Source: Raillietiella orientalis (Eukaryota). Taken from it: a DNA stretch of 64,000 nt. The first letter of the stretch is position 1; the number at the start of each line of letters is the position of its first letter. Positions 49,394 through 62,027 of this stretch are shown one piece after another. The notes beneath the pieces were generated by a model. That model was not told where the DNA came from. It ran no database searches and saw nothing but the letters and a program-made list of their open reading frames with translations. The position numbers and the translations under genes are program-made. Location of the stretch: assembly GCA_036172245.1 (NCBI GenBank), contig JAYWIR010000010.1:4650001-4714000 (forward strand), in the 5' to 3' direction.

Positions 49394-50929
49394 GCCAATC
49401 CAGGCTGAGCACATTTCCCAATTGCGAGGGACTCGACCTGGAAGTCGTGCACAAGCCACGAATCACTTCCTGCGTCACACGTGCACCACAGGATTGATTT
49501 CCCACATTCTCACGGACCTCGCATTCATCTTACCGGTGCTCAGCTTTGTTTCTAGATCTGCTTTCCTTTCCTGCTACCTTACAGCCACTGGCTTTTCTAA
49601 GTTGGCAGTACGGTAATCCTTCCTGGATACCTCGGCGGCAGGATAGGCGAGATGTGTTTTTCACGGGGTCACGAGCGACAAGACTCGCTTTCCGTTTGGT
49701 TTCGGAACCGAATCCGAAGTTCCGGATTCGCAGGGATGCGAATTACTTCCGGTTGGGATTGATTCGCTATCCGCTACGAACTTCCGAATTCACAAGTAGA
49801 CGCACAAGTAGATAAGCGCTGGATTACGCAGCAGTACGATACTCCGAGTTGCGATCTCTTCCACGAAATGCGCGAGTCGATCCGACAACCGAATTCGCAA
49901 GCAGCACACAGCAAATTCTTCCGTCAGGAAAAATCTCCTTTGCTAAGCAACGGGAATCGTTGTCGAAGTGAGAGGTGGCCGTGCTCACGTCACACAACCG
50001 ACGCTCGAGCAATGCCTTGGGCGAGTGCCACTTCATCCTGGTTCGTTGCACGTTCATTCGCAGAAAAGTGCGAAGGAAGCGAAACGGGAGCGTTTCTCGC
50101 ACGCCCACGCTCCCACTTTGGCTCGATCTTCGCTGTTCCCCATTCTCGGGAACAATTCGGCCCGTTCGTCGCTTTCCTCTTTTCTCGTCCCGTCTAGCGG
50201 CAGTCTTTCGTCGTTTGTACGTTGTGACCATCCAAGGCGTGCGCGTTCCGTTCCCTGGAATATCCTCGCACTTGTGCACCGGCCCTTCCCGTACATCCCG
50301 TACGAGCGTCGGGATCAGCGCAGCACACGCCCGTTGGGCGAATCGCGAAGGACGGAATAGGCGTCGGATTTTTTGTTCAGCGCAGCAGCGGTGCGTGGAA
50401 CGCGCGCTTGCCTCAAAGACGCGGTTCGTTGGCGCATGCTCTGCTTGTTGCGTGCGACAACAGCAAGCAGGCTGGTGAGCGGGATGGTGGCGCGTGCACG
50501 GCTTGGAGTTTCGCGAAACGCATCCGTGAAGGGACACTCAACACTCAACTTGAAAGGCACCTCATTTTGCGTTCTCCAAGCACCTGTTCCAAGAAACGTT
50601 CGTTGATGCACGGCATGTACGAGTACTGCGAATCCACTCGGTGTACGAGCTCATGAAGAGTTTTCCTGAAGCTCTCGGTCATCCCCAGTTGCTGCTTTCG
50701 TTGCTGCCGCATGCCCAGCGCGCCACCACGAGAGGCTTCTTGAGCTCCCCTTCGGGCAGCTCGTGCTCGTCCCTGGCAGCCCACTCTTGATTCCCCTGCC
50801 GCCCGACGAACCGGGACACGCGGCGGTACCGTCGCGAGGCAAGTGGTCGTTTTGGAACTTTGTTGCGTGCACCTTTCCCCATCGTGTCCAGTGGAGGAAG
50901 TGCTGCAGGACCAGCACAAGTGGGCTCTC

Positions 50930-52290
50930 CACGCCCCTTGCGGCAGCGCTTTCTGCTTTAGTGGACAGTTGCCTACCGGCGGGATCAACTCGTCCCATGG
51001 GCGACTGGAGTCCGGCAGAAGGTGCCACGCCTGGCCATGTTCCCAAAGCAGTCCTTCGCTGCTGTGAACTCTTCAGTGTGCCACCAGAACAACTAGTGGA
51101 CTCTCGTTCGTGCGTGGACGAGTGCGTGTGTTCCCGCTCCGATGGCGCGCTTCCGCTGGTGCATGGGTTAGCTTGCATTGCAACCAGAGCGCAAGCATCG
51201 TCTGCGGGGGAGTTGCGTCTTCAAAGACTGGTGCGGAAACGCTCGCGCATCTTTTCCTCCACTGCAAAGAAGGTGGAATCCGTGCTCCTGCTCCAGGGGG
51301 ACAGCCCAAGAATTGGGATGCGCCGCTTCTTCACGCCTGGCCGCTTTTCGTTAGATGCGCTCATCGTAAGGAGGCCTTGTCTTCGCAACCCTCCACCAGC
51401 TGGAGTCTCGAGCGGTTGCTCGAGACGACAATTCTTGCGGCAGCGCTTTCTGCTTTAGTGGACAGTTGCCTACACTCACGCTGCAGCAGGGTTGCATGCA
51501 AAAGTCTTACACGGAAAGCGTTCTTCGCTCTTCCTGGTGATCTGCACGGGAGATTCGTGAATTCGCTGATCCTGGAAACACATGCCATGCTTCCGAAATC
51601 GGTGTTTCTATTCAAAGGAATGAGGTCGTGCGAAGAAATCCTTCGGATTTGCATTCTTTCGCTTTGTACTGGAGCGGTCTACCGAGTATTCCGGAGGGAG
51701 AAGATGTGCAGTGTTGCTCAGAGCTTTTGGACAGACGCACCCACACACTGAAGTGGCTGGAGACCGCGCTGATGCTGTTGCAGTGGGGCCTCTCCCGTCC
51801 AGCACTCGCCGGCATCACTGGACTAGGGCGTGTAGGGACCTCAGCTGTGGAGGTGCGGGGATCGGAATCCCTCCTGCAGTTGCTGGTGGACTGTATTGCC
51901 CTCCAGCCTATCTCGGAACGCCTTGCCGCGACCCTAGTAACAACCTGCGTCGGCAGGTCCAAGGAAGCTCGAAAAGCGCATCTCGTTCGGCAAGCACTTT
52001 GTGTGGCTGCCTCGCTACCCCCACCATGCTGCCTACGCGGAATCGTCACTGCGTGGAACGTTGCTAAAGGATGGCATCCACTTTTACGTGCGAGTATTGA
52101 GGATGGGAAGGAGATGGCCCCATCAGTTTTCATCTCCATGCAGCGAGATTGTGCCGGAATCCTACAGAGGATGCAAGGACCGCCTCTAGCAGACAGTGAT
52201 CCCATCCCGCCCTTTCCTCCCAAATTTCCTTATCGAATTTTTGGTTTCTTTTCTTTTTGTTCGTCTTCCTCCCCTCGGCTGCCGTGGTGA
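50930..52290 (+). pseudogene. Frameshifted paralog of the unknown gene at 59.7-60.3 kb
   Basis: 51011-51250 aligns by eye with 59970-60215 (VLRCCELFSVPPEQLVD vs VLRWCELFSVPTEQLVD, VFPLRW, IVCGGVA..GAETL) but changes frame; LETAL occurs in both loci. Confidence 0.45.
50937..51473 (+). repeat. Exact 40-bp direct repeat (50937-50976 and 51434-51473)
   Basis: cttgcggcagcgctttctgctttagtggacagttgcctac occurs twice, 497 bp apart. Confidence 0.95.
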
Positions 52291-55200
52291 CCTCACCGGT
52301 CTGCGAATCGGTTACCCGCCAGGCTGCCGACGAAAGGCTCTGGGTGTAGCCCCTCTCCAACTTCTCTGTAGCTGTTTCCTTTTATTAACACCATTCACCG
52401 CCCACGTTTTAGGTCGCCACTCACTAACAACCGACTCTTAGCTATTCCGTGGGTTCGTAAGTGCCTATTTCCACCTTTATTATATTGTCATATAATATAT
52501 AATATATGACAAAAACATGATATAGAAGTACAAAATCATTAGCAAATTTCCTAATGCACCGACAAACGAAAAGCCTGATAATAGGCCAGCATCGATAAGC
52601 ATTTGCATCGAAAAGCCTATCAATAGGCTTTCGGTAAAAAAATATGGTAAAGTAAATGCCCCGGCGTACCCTGGTTAGAACTCCGTGTCTCGCGGAGACC
52701 TCCATGTCAGAATTCTTCATGCCTCAAGTGGCCTTGCGGGTGAGAAGAGGGCAAGCGAAAGCCAAGAAGAAGGAGCAGAAAAGCGTTTTGCATGGTGATC
52801 TCTTTCGGAAAGAGAATTCTGCATTCGAAAACCCACTCAGCCTCCTTCTGGGGCAGTATTACCAAAGTTCCGCTGAGATGGACACATTCAGAGGAACAAC
52901 CAGTTTGCCGCGAAACCCTCTCACGATGCTGTAGCCAAAACGAAGGAGGACACCTAATCTCACGCCACTCCACGGATGATAAGCCAGGAGGACCAATGTT
53001 TATCCGGGGTTCACTCTTTCGCAAGTTGCAATGTAACAAGTTAGCAAAAAAAGTGTTTGAAGGTATGGTGACAGTCAGCAAATGGGAAATTCGCTGAACT
53101 CACGTGCATGAATGCAGGAATCGCGCAACGACTTCCGAACGGATCCACCACCATCAATAGCAGAAAGTTCTTTTCCACCATGGTGGGCCGTTCGGTCAGC
53201 TGAAAGGTAAGCGTTCCTACACCCGTTGTTCCATTATGTTGCCCTGGAGGGCATGTTGGGTGCATTCTGCAATCGCCAAAGGACATCTGCAAGGACATGG
53301 TGAGACGCGCTCTCACGCTTGGTGCAGAGTCGCCTGCCCCGACATTTGCAGCTCTGTTTCGCCTACACAGAGCTGTTGCGAAGAAAAGAAAAGCTACGCC
53401 GGAATAAAGCAGAACAAGGACGGCAACATCATCTGAGTTGCACCACGAGAAGGCCGCATCCCACATATCACAAAGAGAAACTTTCCTGCATATTCGAAAG
53501 CTTGCTTGTTATCCGAAGGTGCTCCGGGGCGTTGATTGTGAAAAATGAATTGACAGAGGTGTTGGAAGGATTGCCGCGAAGGATGTGCGCAGACTCGCCA
53601 GGTTCGCTGGTCCGCAGCAGAATTGCAGAAGGACAAGCAAGAACGGGAACAAATGAAAAAGCAAATAGGAAGAAATGGGGGGAAGACGCTTGGAAGGGAT
53701 CGCTGCCTGTTGCTCTGCATGTTTCCTAAGTTGCCGGCGGGGTGTTGCTGAACGCTTCCCAGCTGCGACCATGTTAATGCTTTTCGTGGGAAGCAAATGG
53801 CCACGCGGAACGATGGCGCGTCCGTGTCTCCCAGGCGTCGCTGCAGGCCGCCACGATCCGGCTCTAGCCGCAATGAGCTGCTAGGGACGCGGCTGTCGGT
53901 AGATGCATCACTTCCAAACGCTCCTGCAATTGTCCCCGGTTTCCCAAGGGTGGCCGCAAAGTTTAACCACCAGGAAGCCTGAGAGCCACAGAATCCACAT
54001 TCAGCTGCGGGCGGATCCGCGCTCTCCGTGCCGGCTCTAGTTGGGGCTCCCACACAACCCGGGTCCAGTGAAGTCGGAGGGGGTTTGAAGAGAAACAACC
54101 CCAGTGCAACAGCAGAATCGCCGAATACGAAACCAAAAAGGCAAGATGTAAGTGTTCTCAGGAGGACTGGGGACCATCGGTAGTCTCGCCGGGGAATAGC
54201 CAAGAGCTCGCGGCTGCGAAGACGTAGGGCACTTGGTACCTGCGAGCTCGCTGTAGATCAACCACCCAAGTCTTTCTTCCTGGAGTTGAACTCTCACGAG
54301 ACCTTCCACCTTCTTGGCATGCTGCTGCCCAAGAAGCTGCCTCAGGCATCATTGCCGCGTGGGAGGTTCAATCCAGGCTCAGCTCCCTTGCCACGATGCA
54401 CGACTGTTTCCTGGAGGCAGAAATTGTTACAGAAGCAGTACAGCAACCGCCGCCGTGACTCCGGGCCCGTCTGCTTGCTATTCGCCCGCGTGCCCAGTTT
54501 CCTGCAAGCAAACGCTACCGTTCGCGGGGCGATCCTGCTGGACGTCCTGCTCTTCTTCCTGGTCGGTGAGACGTGATGCGAAGTGCGCAGTGGGCCACGT
54601 TGGACAGCATGCCGAGCATACCAAGAAAGTGGATGCGATTTTTTCGCAAGGATGGGCGTCGAAGGCAGAACGAACTCGAGTGCAAACGTTGGGAATGCTT
54701 TCGGTACACTTTTGACGAGACGGATCAGGTGTGAGAAAATCCCAACGTGGAGGAAAGCGTGTATTCCATCTTCTCCAGGTGTTGACCGTATGCGCCTTGC
54801 GCCGCGTCAGAAAAGACGCAGGAGAGCTGTCCTGCTCCGGCGCTGCAAGACGGCCCCGGATCGTCGGCAGTCCGAGCAACAGGGTCGGGCAAACCGCCTT
54901 CGCTTTTTTCGCAGCGCCTCCCTTTTTTTGCAACGGAGGAGGGTGCTGTGCCCTCGCCTGCCTCGCACTGCTTGGCAACGAATGACGTCGTGCAGAGCGG
55001 AGGCAGCAGCCACCTCGAGAGCTAGCTCGTTTCTCCGGGAACGCCTGCCGCGCACAATCTTCGCTTCGATCTTCCTCGGCCATCAGCGAACCTTTCTGCG
55101 CGCAAGCCTGCGCCGAACTGCGTGCGCAGTGGCGCGACAACGCGCGTGTCTGCGACAAGAAAGGAACACTTGGTCCCGAATGGCGATCCCGGAGATGGAG

Positions 55201-58200
55201 GCCGGCAGGCTTTGCAGATGGAACGCGGAAGAGCTGGCCCGGTCATTGCGGAAGCCGGTCGGATAGCTGGCTTCTTGCGAAACGACACATCTGCACAACG
55301 TCGCTGCCGTTGGCCGTTTCATTTCCTCCCTCCGTTCAAGCAAACCTTCGCTACGCGCACGTTCTCCGCACCAGAAATGCTGCCGCTTCACCCTTCCCAG
55401 CTGTCACCTCTGCAGCACTTCTTCATCGTGCACCCTTTCTTTTGATGATACTCCGCACATACACGAGCTTCGCGATGTCACAGCACCCATCACAAGATGA
55501 TGCATCTCTGCTCTGATCTTCGCCAAACCTCTTTCGTGAAGCCTGTATCTCGCACTGTGGAGCGTTTGCTTCTGCTGTTATCCTGATGCATGGGAAGCGC
55601 CACTGCCAAACAGAGTCTGAAGAAGCAGGGAGCCGACCACATGGCCTACGATCAGTCTGATAAAACCGGAGGAAGCTGCAGGTGCTGTAGAAGATGTTCT
55701 TCTCGTGACAAGAAGCATCGTTTTGAAGTTGAACGCGAAGGAGGAGTCTGACCAGGAGCAGCAGGCAAAAGTAATGAAGTTCCACGTTGAAGAAGGGAGC
55801 CAAAAGCGGGATGAAGAGCAAAAGCGGCGAAAGCAAACTCAGGTGCTACAGTCGTCACTGGTCCTGCCAGAGAATACGGAAAAGGACCCGCGGGAGTTCC
55901 GAGGAAGAAGGAGAGGAAGACGGAAGAAACGACCAAGATCAGCCAAAGCAGATGCCTGAGGTGCACAAGCTGAAGTTTCAGGCGGAAGTTTCTTTGAGGA
56001 AGACAGAATGGAGGAGCAGGAGACGATAACGTACATTGCACAAAAGGAAAACGAGGATTAAAAGGACGAGCAGTGGAAGGAGCAGGTGTAAAGATTGCAA
56101 GCAGTAGGCTCTCTTTTAGAGGATTCAGCGGAACAGGCAGATTATCTGGATATCCAACGGGGTGCGCTGGGGAATATATTTCATTTCAGAATGAACTATT
56201 ACAATCTTCGTGGTTGGATCCCTTGCCCAACCACGGCCGTATCAGGGGGGAGGAGAAAAAAAAAAGAATGAAGATACCTTCGCGTCTCCGGATCTCCATC
56301 ACTCCAACTCGTGCTCCCGCACGACAAATTGGAGAATGCTGGAGGAAAACGAGTGCGCGCAGCACCCGTCTTCGAGGATTTGGAACCTTGCAAAGGAGAG
56401 AAGACTTGCAGCGAAGCACCTGGAGGTTCGCATCTCTGAGCACTTCGTATGTGGAACGTGGGCGTTGTCCACGTTCCACCCACGGAGCTACGTTGCCCCA
56501 CGACCTCTCAGGTGGCAAGGTGTGTATCCTCTGTCACTTCGGTTGCCATCGGCCGAATAACTTCTGCAATACGTGTAAAATTCTCTGAACTGGCGAAATG
56601 GCCAAAGAGGCAGCTCCAATTGCTCTCATGAAGCAGTCCGCTTTCTGGGAGGCACTAAGTGCTGAATATTCAGAGTGGAGAATTTAGCTCTACTTATCCA
56701 CCTCATGCACTCGCAGCTTCGTGCATATGGCTGAGGGAAGAGCAGGTAAGCCTTTACTGCTGCGATGTCTACATGGTGTCAGAAATTCGCGTCTTTTCTA
56801 CACAGACGTGGAGGGAGGACACCTTTCTCACGCATTGAGGGAGATGGCGAAAGGGTCCATCAGCATTTAGGGGCTGGTTGATCGGAAGAAGTGGAAGAGG
56901 GCATATCCAAGGACTCCTCCTATCCCATGCTACGCGTTTTCTCTTCATTGGTAGTTCGATTCTCGCCCTCGCTGTGCTTAGGGAGTTGCTCCATGAATCG
57001 GCGTTCCGTCTCCCTTTGAAAACTCCAAGCCTCGCATCCACGAGGACAAACGTATTCTTCGATGAAAGAGCGTACCGGAATGACCATCGTAGAAACCTTC
57101 GGTGCACTGATGAGGTAGCTTTCGGTGGTTCAACCGACCAAGATGAGGTTTCTCCCGCGTGCCGCTTTGCTTAATTTTCCTTGGAAAACACGCCGTTCTT
57201 CTGAACGCGGAAGCATTCGTTTTGCTTCGGAGACACTAAAGTGATCGAGGGTGTTTCGGACCATGTTGGGTGTACGCACCAGGATCCTCGTCAGTTGCAT
57301 GGCTTGCACGATGGCAGTAACGTGTGTAGACGTAGCCTTTTTGAACCTGGTTCCTATCGCATGAATGAAAACAACCTGGTTTCTCCCAGTGGCTGAAACA
57401 ATCGTTTATTCACCCTCTGCTTCGCTGCGACGGGGAAACGCATCCCGACATCCCTGCATTTCTCTCAAGGAAGAGTCGTTTTTTACTTTGTGGCCTGTCA
57501 GCTCACCGCACTCCAGGTAAAGGCGCGACATTCCAGAACGCGGATGTTCTGGACATTGGCCAGACAGCTGACCAGCGTGGTGATCTACGGGAGACGCCAC
57601 TCTGCTCTATTGCAACTGAAACGGTTAGAAAATGGCTGCGAGAAATATTGCATTTCTCGACCTCTTCAACGGATTGTGTTTTCCCTGGACTTCGATAAGC
57701 CTGCAATACGGAGAGTTTCCTTCCTTCTCTGATCGCCATGGTTTGTGGGAGAAGGGTGCACACCGTTTTGCGGTTTCTGCCTTTCTCTGTTTAGCCGGGA
57801 ACGAGAGTCGCCGACGTGGCGGTCGCACGGAATGCAGGCTATTCCGTCCTTCGCCGGACACCTCTCTGTGTGGGCATGGTGCCCAGCAGCAGTAGGGAAG
57901 TGAGCAAACCGGAGCCTCGCACATAAGAGACTCCCAGCTGCGTCAAACAGCACGCCATGGACGCAGGCTGCTTTTCCACATGGGCGTTGAGCGATGAGTC
58001 TCCCACACGAACGTATCAGCGATGCACTTTCGCAGTGCGCGCTCACGAGCACGCGCTTGCCGTCCTGCTGGAATGCGCGAAAGCCTCTGCGTGCCAAACG
58101 GGAAGCCTCTCTTTGCGGCCAATTAGGGGGGCTTAGAGAGAGAGCGGCCGCACCCGTACCGTCTCTTGGTGTGCGGACGGTGCGAACCCAGCGAAGCGTT

Positions 58201-59289
58201 CCGAGAATCGTCCACTCGCAAGCTCCGCCTTTCCCATTCGAATGCCGATTGTCCAGCACAACCTGGAAAGCTGCGGACACATCTGCTACGAAACCTCGAG
58301 GAATTCAGGAATTGGGCTCCGTGACCGCACAAGTTGTCCGCTACTGTCTCTTCGTCTGGAAGCGCGGGCGCAGGCATATTCCCTTCTGGAAAGTACAGGA
58401 AGTGCACGAGGAATAAGCTGAATCGAAGCGCTCAGACCACGCGCAATGGTGCACGAGACCGGGGTCAAGCTAACAGCAGGAAGACGTGATGGCGATAACC
58501 GAGCTGATGATAGAGGCTTTCGGGAAGCGAGAAACGCGGACGTTTCTCGTGATCGGAATTGCATAGCGACATCGCGAGGGATAGGCCGCAGCAGGAACTG
58601 GCAACGAAATCCTTGCCAAGCGAGGTGTTCCCGGTTGTGAGGTTGGCAGGAAAAAGGCAAAGCGCTTCGTGTTCCATCCGCTCTCGAAAGCACATCTCAG
58701 AGGGTGATGCGAGGTGCGCGCGGGTTGTCGGTGTCCGCCTGGCAGCCCACCGCGTGCGGTGTCTTCGAATGCATGCTGCCAGGGCACGCGAGTGCCTCGT
58801 GCACTTCACACGCGCATCACCACGTCGAGGCATTCGGATTGAGGGGTAAAGGACGTGCAACATTCGTGGTTCGTTCCGGTCACGGACCGGCACGCATGCG
58901 GTAGCAAAAGTTCCTCGGGAAAGGGTGACCACCGGCGATTCGGAGCCAGCGTTTCTTTTATTTCTTTCCTCTTGTTTGTTTGTTTGTTTGTTTTTCGTGG
59001 TTTTCTCCACGGACACGGGGCACTGTTTCATGATGCGCAACCGACTATGCGCAGCAAAATTACCGCCCCTTTTGAGCTTTTCACGGTTACCTAGGAGACT
59101 CTAAAGGTGGAAGAGAAAAAAAAACCTTCTGTTTTTTTTGAAGATGTTTCTAAAATCAGGTGTTTCTAGAGCCGGAATTGCCGTCTGCGCTTTAGGAGCC
59201 GCGGCATTCGCCTTCTGGCGCCGCAATGAGGTAATTCATTTGGCTATTTTCTTTCTTATTTTTTTCTCTTCTTTCCTCTTCAGATCTTC

Positions 59290-60288
59290 ATGGCGATAAA
59301 AGAGTTGTGGGAGCAGCACAGTAAGCAAGAACCCGAAGTGGAACTGGATGCGAGTCCGCAGCGTGCATCGTCGGGGGGCAGTGCACGCTGCTGGGAAAGC
59401 GCCGGTGGGGGTGCTTACTGCTGCCCGGAGGAGGAACGGGAACCTCCACTTGTGGTTGTTTGGGTAAGTTGAGGGGTCTGTCCGAGTCACCCTTTCGCCG
59501 TTTTCCAGGAGTCGCGTGCCTGGCGAGAATTTACCAGGAACCACCCGCCCAAGTAAGCGCTCCGTTGGGTACTTTGGGGGAGGTGCCCAACTCCAAATCT
59601 AATAAAGTTCTCCTGGACAGTTAGTGTTTGCTTCATTTATGGAGCAGCGGGGAAGAGGGAAGGGTCGTCACCTTGCGTCGGCACAAGCGAAGCTCACCAG
59701 AGACACCCGGAAGGCGTGGACTTCAGCGAGATGCTGATGTATCAGAAATCGGTGAAAGGCTCGCTCGCCGACTTGACCAAGCACCTGAAGATGATCATGC
59801 TGACAGGTGGAAAGGAAGAGCAAGCACTTCTAAAGATGGCAGCGAAAAGGTCGAATTTTTCAGAATCCAATCTCGAGACGGCTCTCTGCATGATTCAGGA
59901 GAGCAGGCCTTCCTTTTACGAGGGAACAGTGTGTTCGATGGCGGTGCAAAGTCTCCCGCCGAGCGAGCTGGCAGAAGCTGCCACGCCTAGCAATGTTCCC
60001 ATGAGAGTCCTTCGCTGGTGTGAACTCTTCAGTGTGCCCACAGAACAACTTGTGGACCCTTGTTTGTGCGTGGACGCATCTGTGTTCCCGCTCCGATGGA
60101 AACAGGGCGCGCTTCTGCTGGTGCATTGGGGCTTTCCTTGCAACCTGCGCGCAAACATTGTCTCCGGAGGGGTTGCGCTTCAAAGTGTGGAAGGTGCGGA
60201 AACGCTGCTTCCACACTTGGGGCATTGGGCAGCATCCAGACGCCGAAAAAACAGGTCATTTGCAGTATCGCAAGCAGAGAGAAAATGA
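59290..60288 (+). CDS. Putative lineage-specific spliced gene of unknown function
   Basis: Exon after acceptor ctctttcag ends at tgg|gtaagt (59463); 190-codon ORF 59716..60288 has a paralogous copy at 51 kb. Confidence 0.4.
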
Positions 60289-62027
60289 TGAGCGGATGGA
60301 CCATGGGCCACATAGCGGACTCCACGACACCGACATCGTGCACGCCCACATGGACCACAACGATGGAACGACCTGTTCGGCATGCCTAACGATGGCGTGG
60401 AGTGCTGAAGAACACGACCATCTTTCCCCTAAAATGGTAAGAATCGGCATTGATGATGTTGCACTGGGGCTTCCCATGAAACACACGCCGACATCACTGG
60501 AGTCTGGGGAGAGTGAGACCGGATGCGGCAGGTGAGGGGAACGGGAAACCCTTCCGCACCTGCTTGTAGACTCTGTTGTTCTCCGACCCTTGTGACTGCT
60601 CCTCGCAACGGCCCTTGGAGCATCAAAGAACAATCTCAGAGAGGTGTTGTTGCGCCTGTTGCGAGGAACTCTCTCCATGTCGCATCACTAACAGTTCTTT
60701 GCTGCATACGTGGGATTGTGGCAGCCTAACGTTACACGAGAGGAGGACGGCACGATGGGGATGCCAACTGCTTCGCCCTGCGCTTCCTGAGGAAGACAGC
60801 TAGGTGGCTCTACCTAAGACACTCAGAGCAAACTTCTTGGCATACTGGGAAGGATCCAGAGAACTCCTTCCAGCACACGGTTATCCTTTCCCTAACCCTC
60901 CTAATTTTTTCTATACACCTTTGTGTTTTAGTTCGTTTTGTTTTTATTTTTTGTTTGCCCCCTCTCTCTCCGCCGCCGAGGCGAACCTCGTCGGCCTACG
61001 TGCCAATTCGTTGACAGGTTCGAAGCATTTTCGGACAATGTAGGGCCGATTGCCCTTCGCATGTATGTTTATTTTTTTTAAAAATGTCCCTGCGTGACCG
61101 AGTGATAAACCAGGTCGGCACGCTACGAGCTCTGCGTCACTCCGGCGAAGGAGTCCTTTTGCTTGTAAACGTGTAGTTCCGGCTTCACCAACGGGCTCGT
61201 CTTGTAGCCGTCAGGAGTTTCGTGTTTCCTAACCTGAAAGAGGTTCCAGAAAGAGGGAATGGCTGGAACCGAAGACTCTTGAACTGAATAGGAAGAGGGT
61301 GCTCTTCCTATTTATTTATTAGTTGTCCTTTCCCGCACATCTTGGATTCTTGGTGCTTACCGACGTGCGTGTCGGCGGACCCTTTGCTTGAACTTCTCTT
61401 TGCATTCCCATGGCAACCGCCTTTTCAAATTTTTAAAAATCACCGCTGACTGCACCCGGAGAGATTTTGTGGATTTATTCGCGAGTTCCGATTCGATGGA
61501 TCGGAAGACGTGGGCTCCATCGCGCGTTTTTCCGTCGTTGTGCAGCCCACTGACGTCCACCGGGGCCACGCGAAACTTATGGGAGGATGCGATTCCCTGC
61601 TTGGCTTAGGGAACCGGTCAATAGAGCTTCCTCTTGCTGCCTAGCCTGGCTGACTCTTAGCAGAGCCTAGTAAAACGGAAGAATACCGCACACAATGTGT
61701 TCGTCACGGAAACGCCCTTTCCTGCACCATTCCACGCCTCGAAAGCATCGAAATACAATGCCTCAGCATTCACCATTTTTCCAATTTATTGCATCAAACA
61801 AACTCAGACATTTTCATTTTTCACGGCAAAAAATTGCACCTGTGGATTCGAGACAGATATGTGGATGTCCACGTGCATCAGCAAGAAAGCAAAGACGGAG
61901 CCAACAGACAATCCAAGTTACATATTGGTATCGGCATCCTCTGAGTTTCGCAAAGATATGCAATTACTCAGAACATGCCTTTCGCTAAATGCACTCGCTG
62001 ACCGCAGAAAGGGGCCGTGAGCTGAAT

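Noticed and set aside
48708..49616. 302-aa hydrophobic plus-strand ORF
   Set aside because: Antisense shadow of the K/E-rich minus-strand ORF.
52650..59100. Numerous 100-270 aa ORFs on both strands
   Set aside because: GC-rich and mutually overlapping with no recognisable domains; genes may exist but I cannot support specific models.
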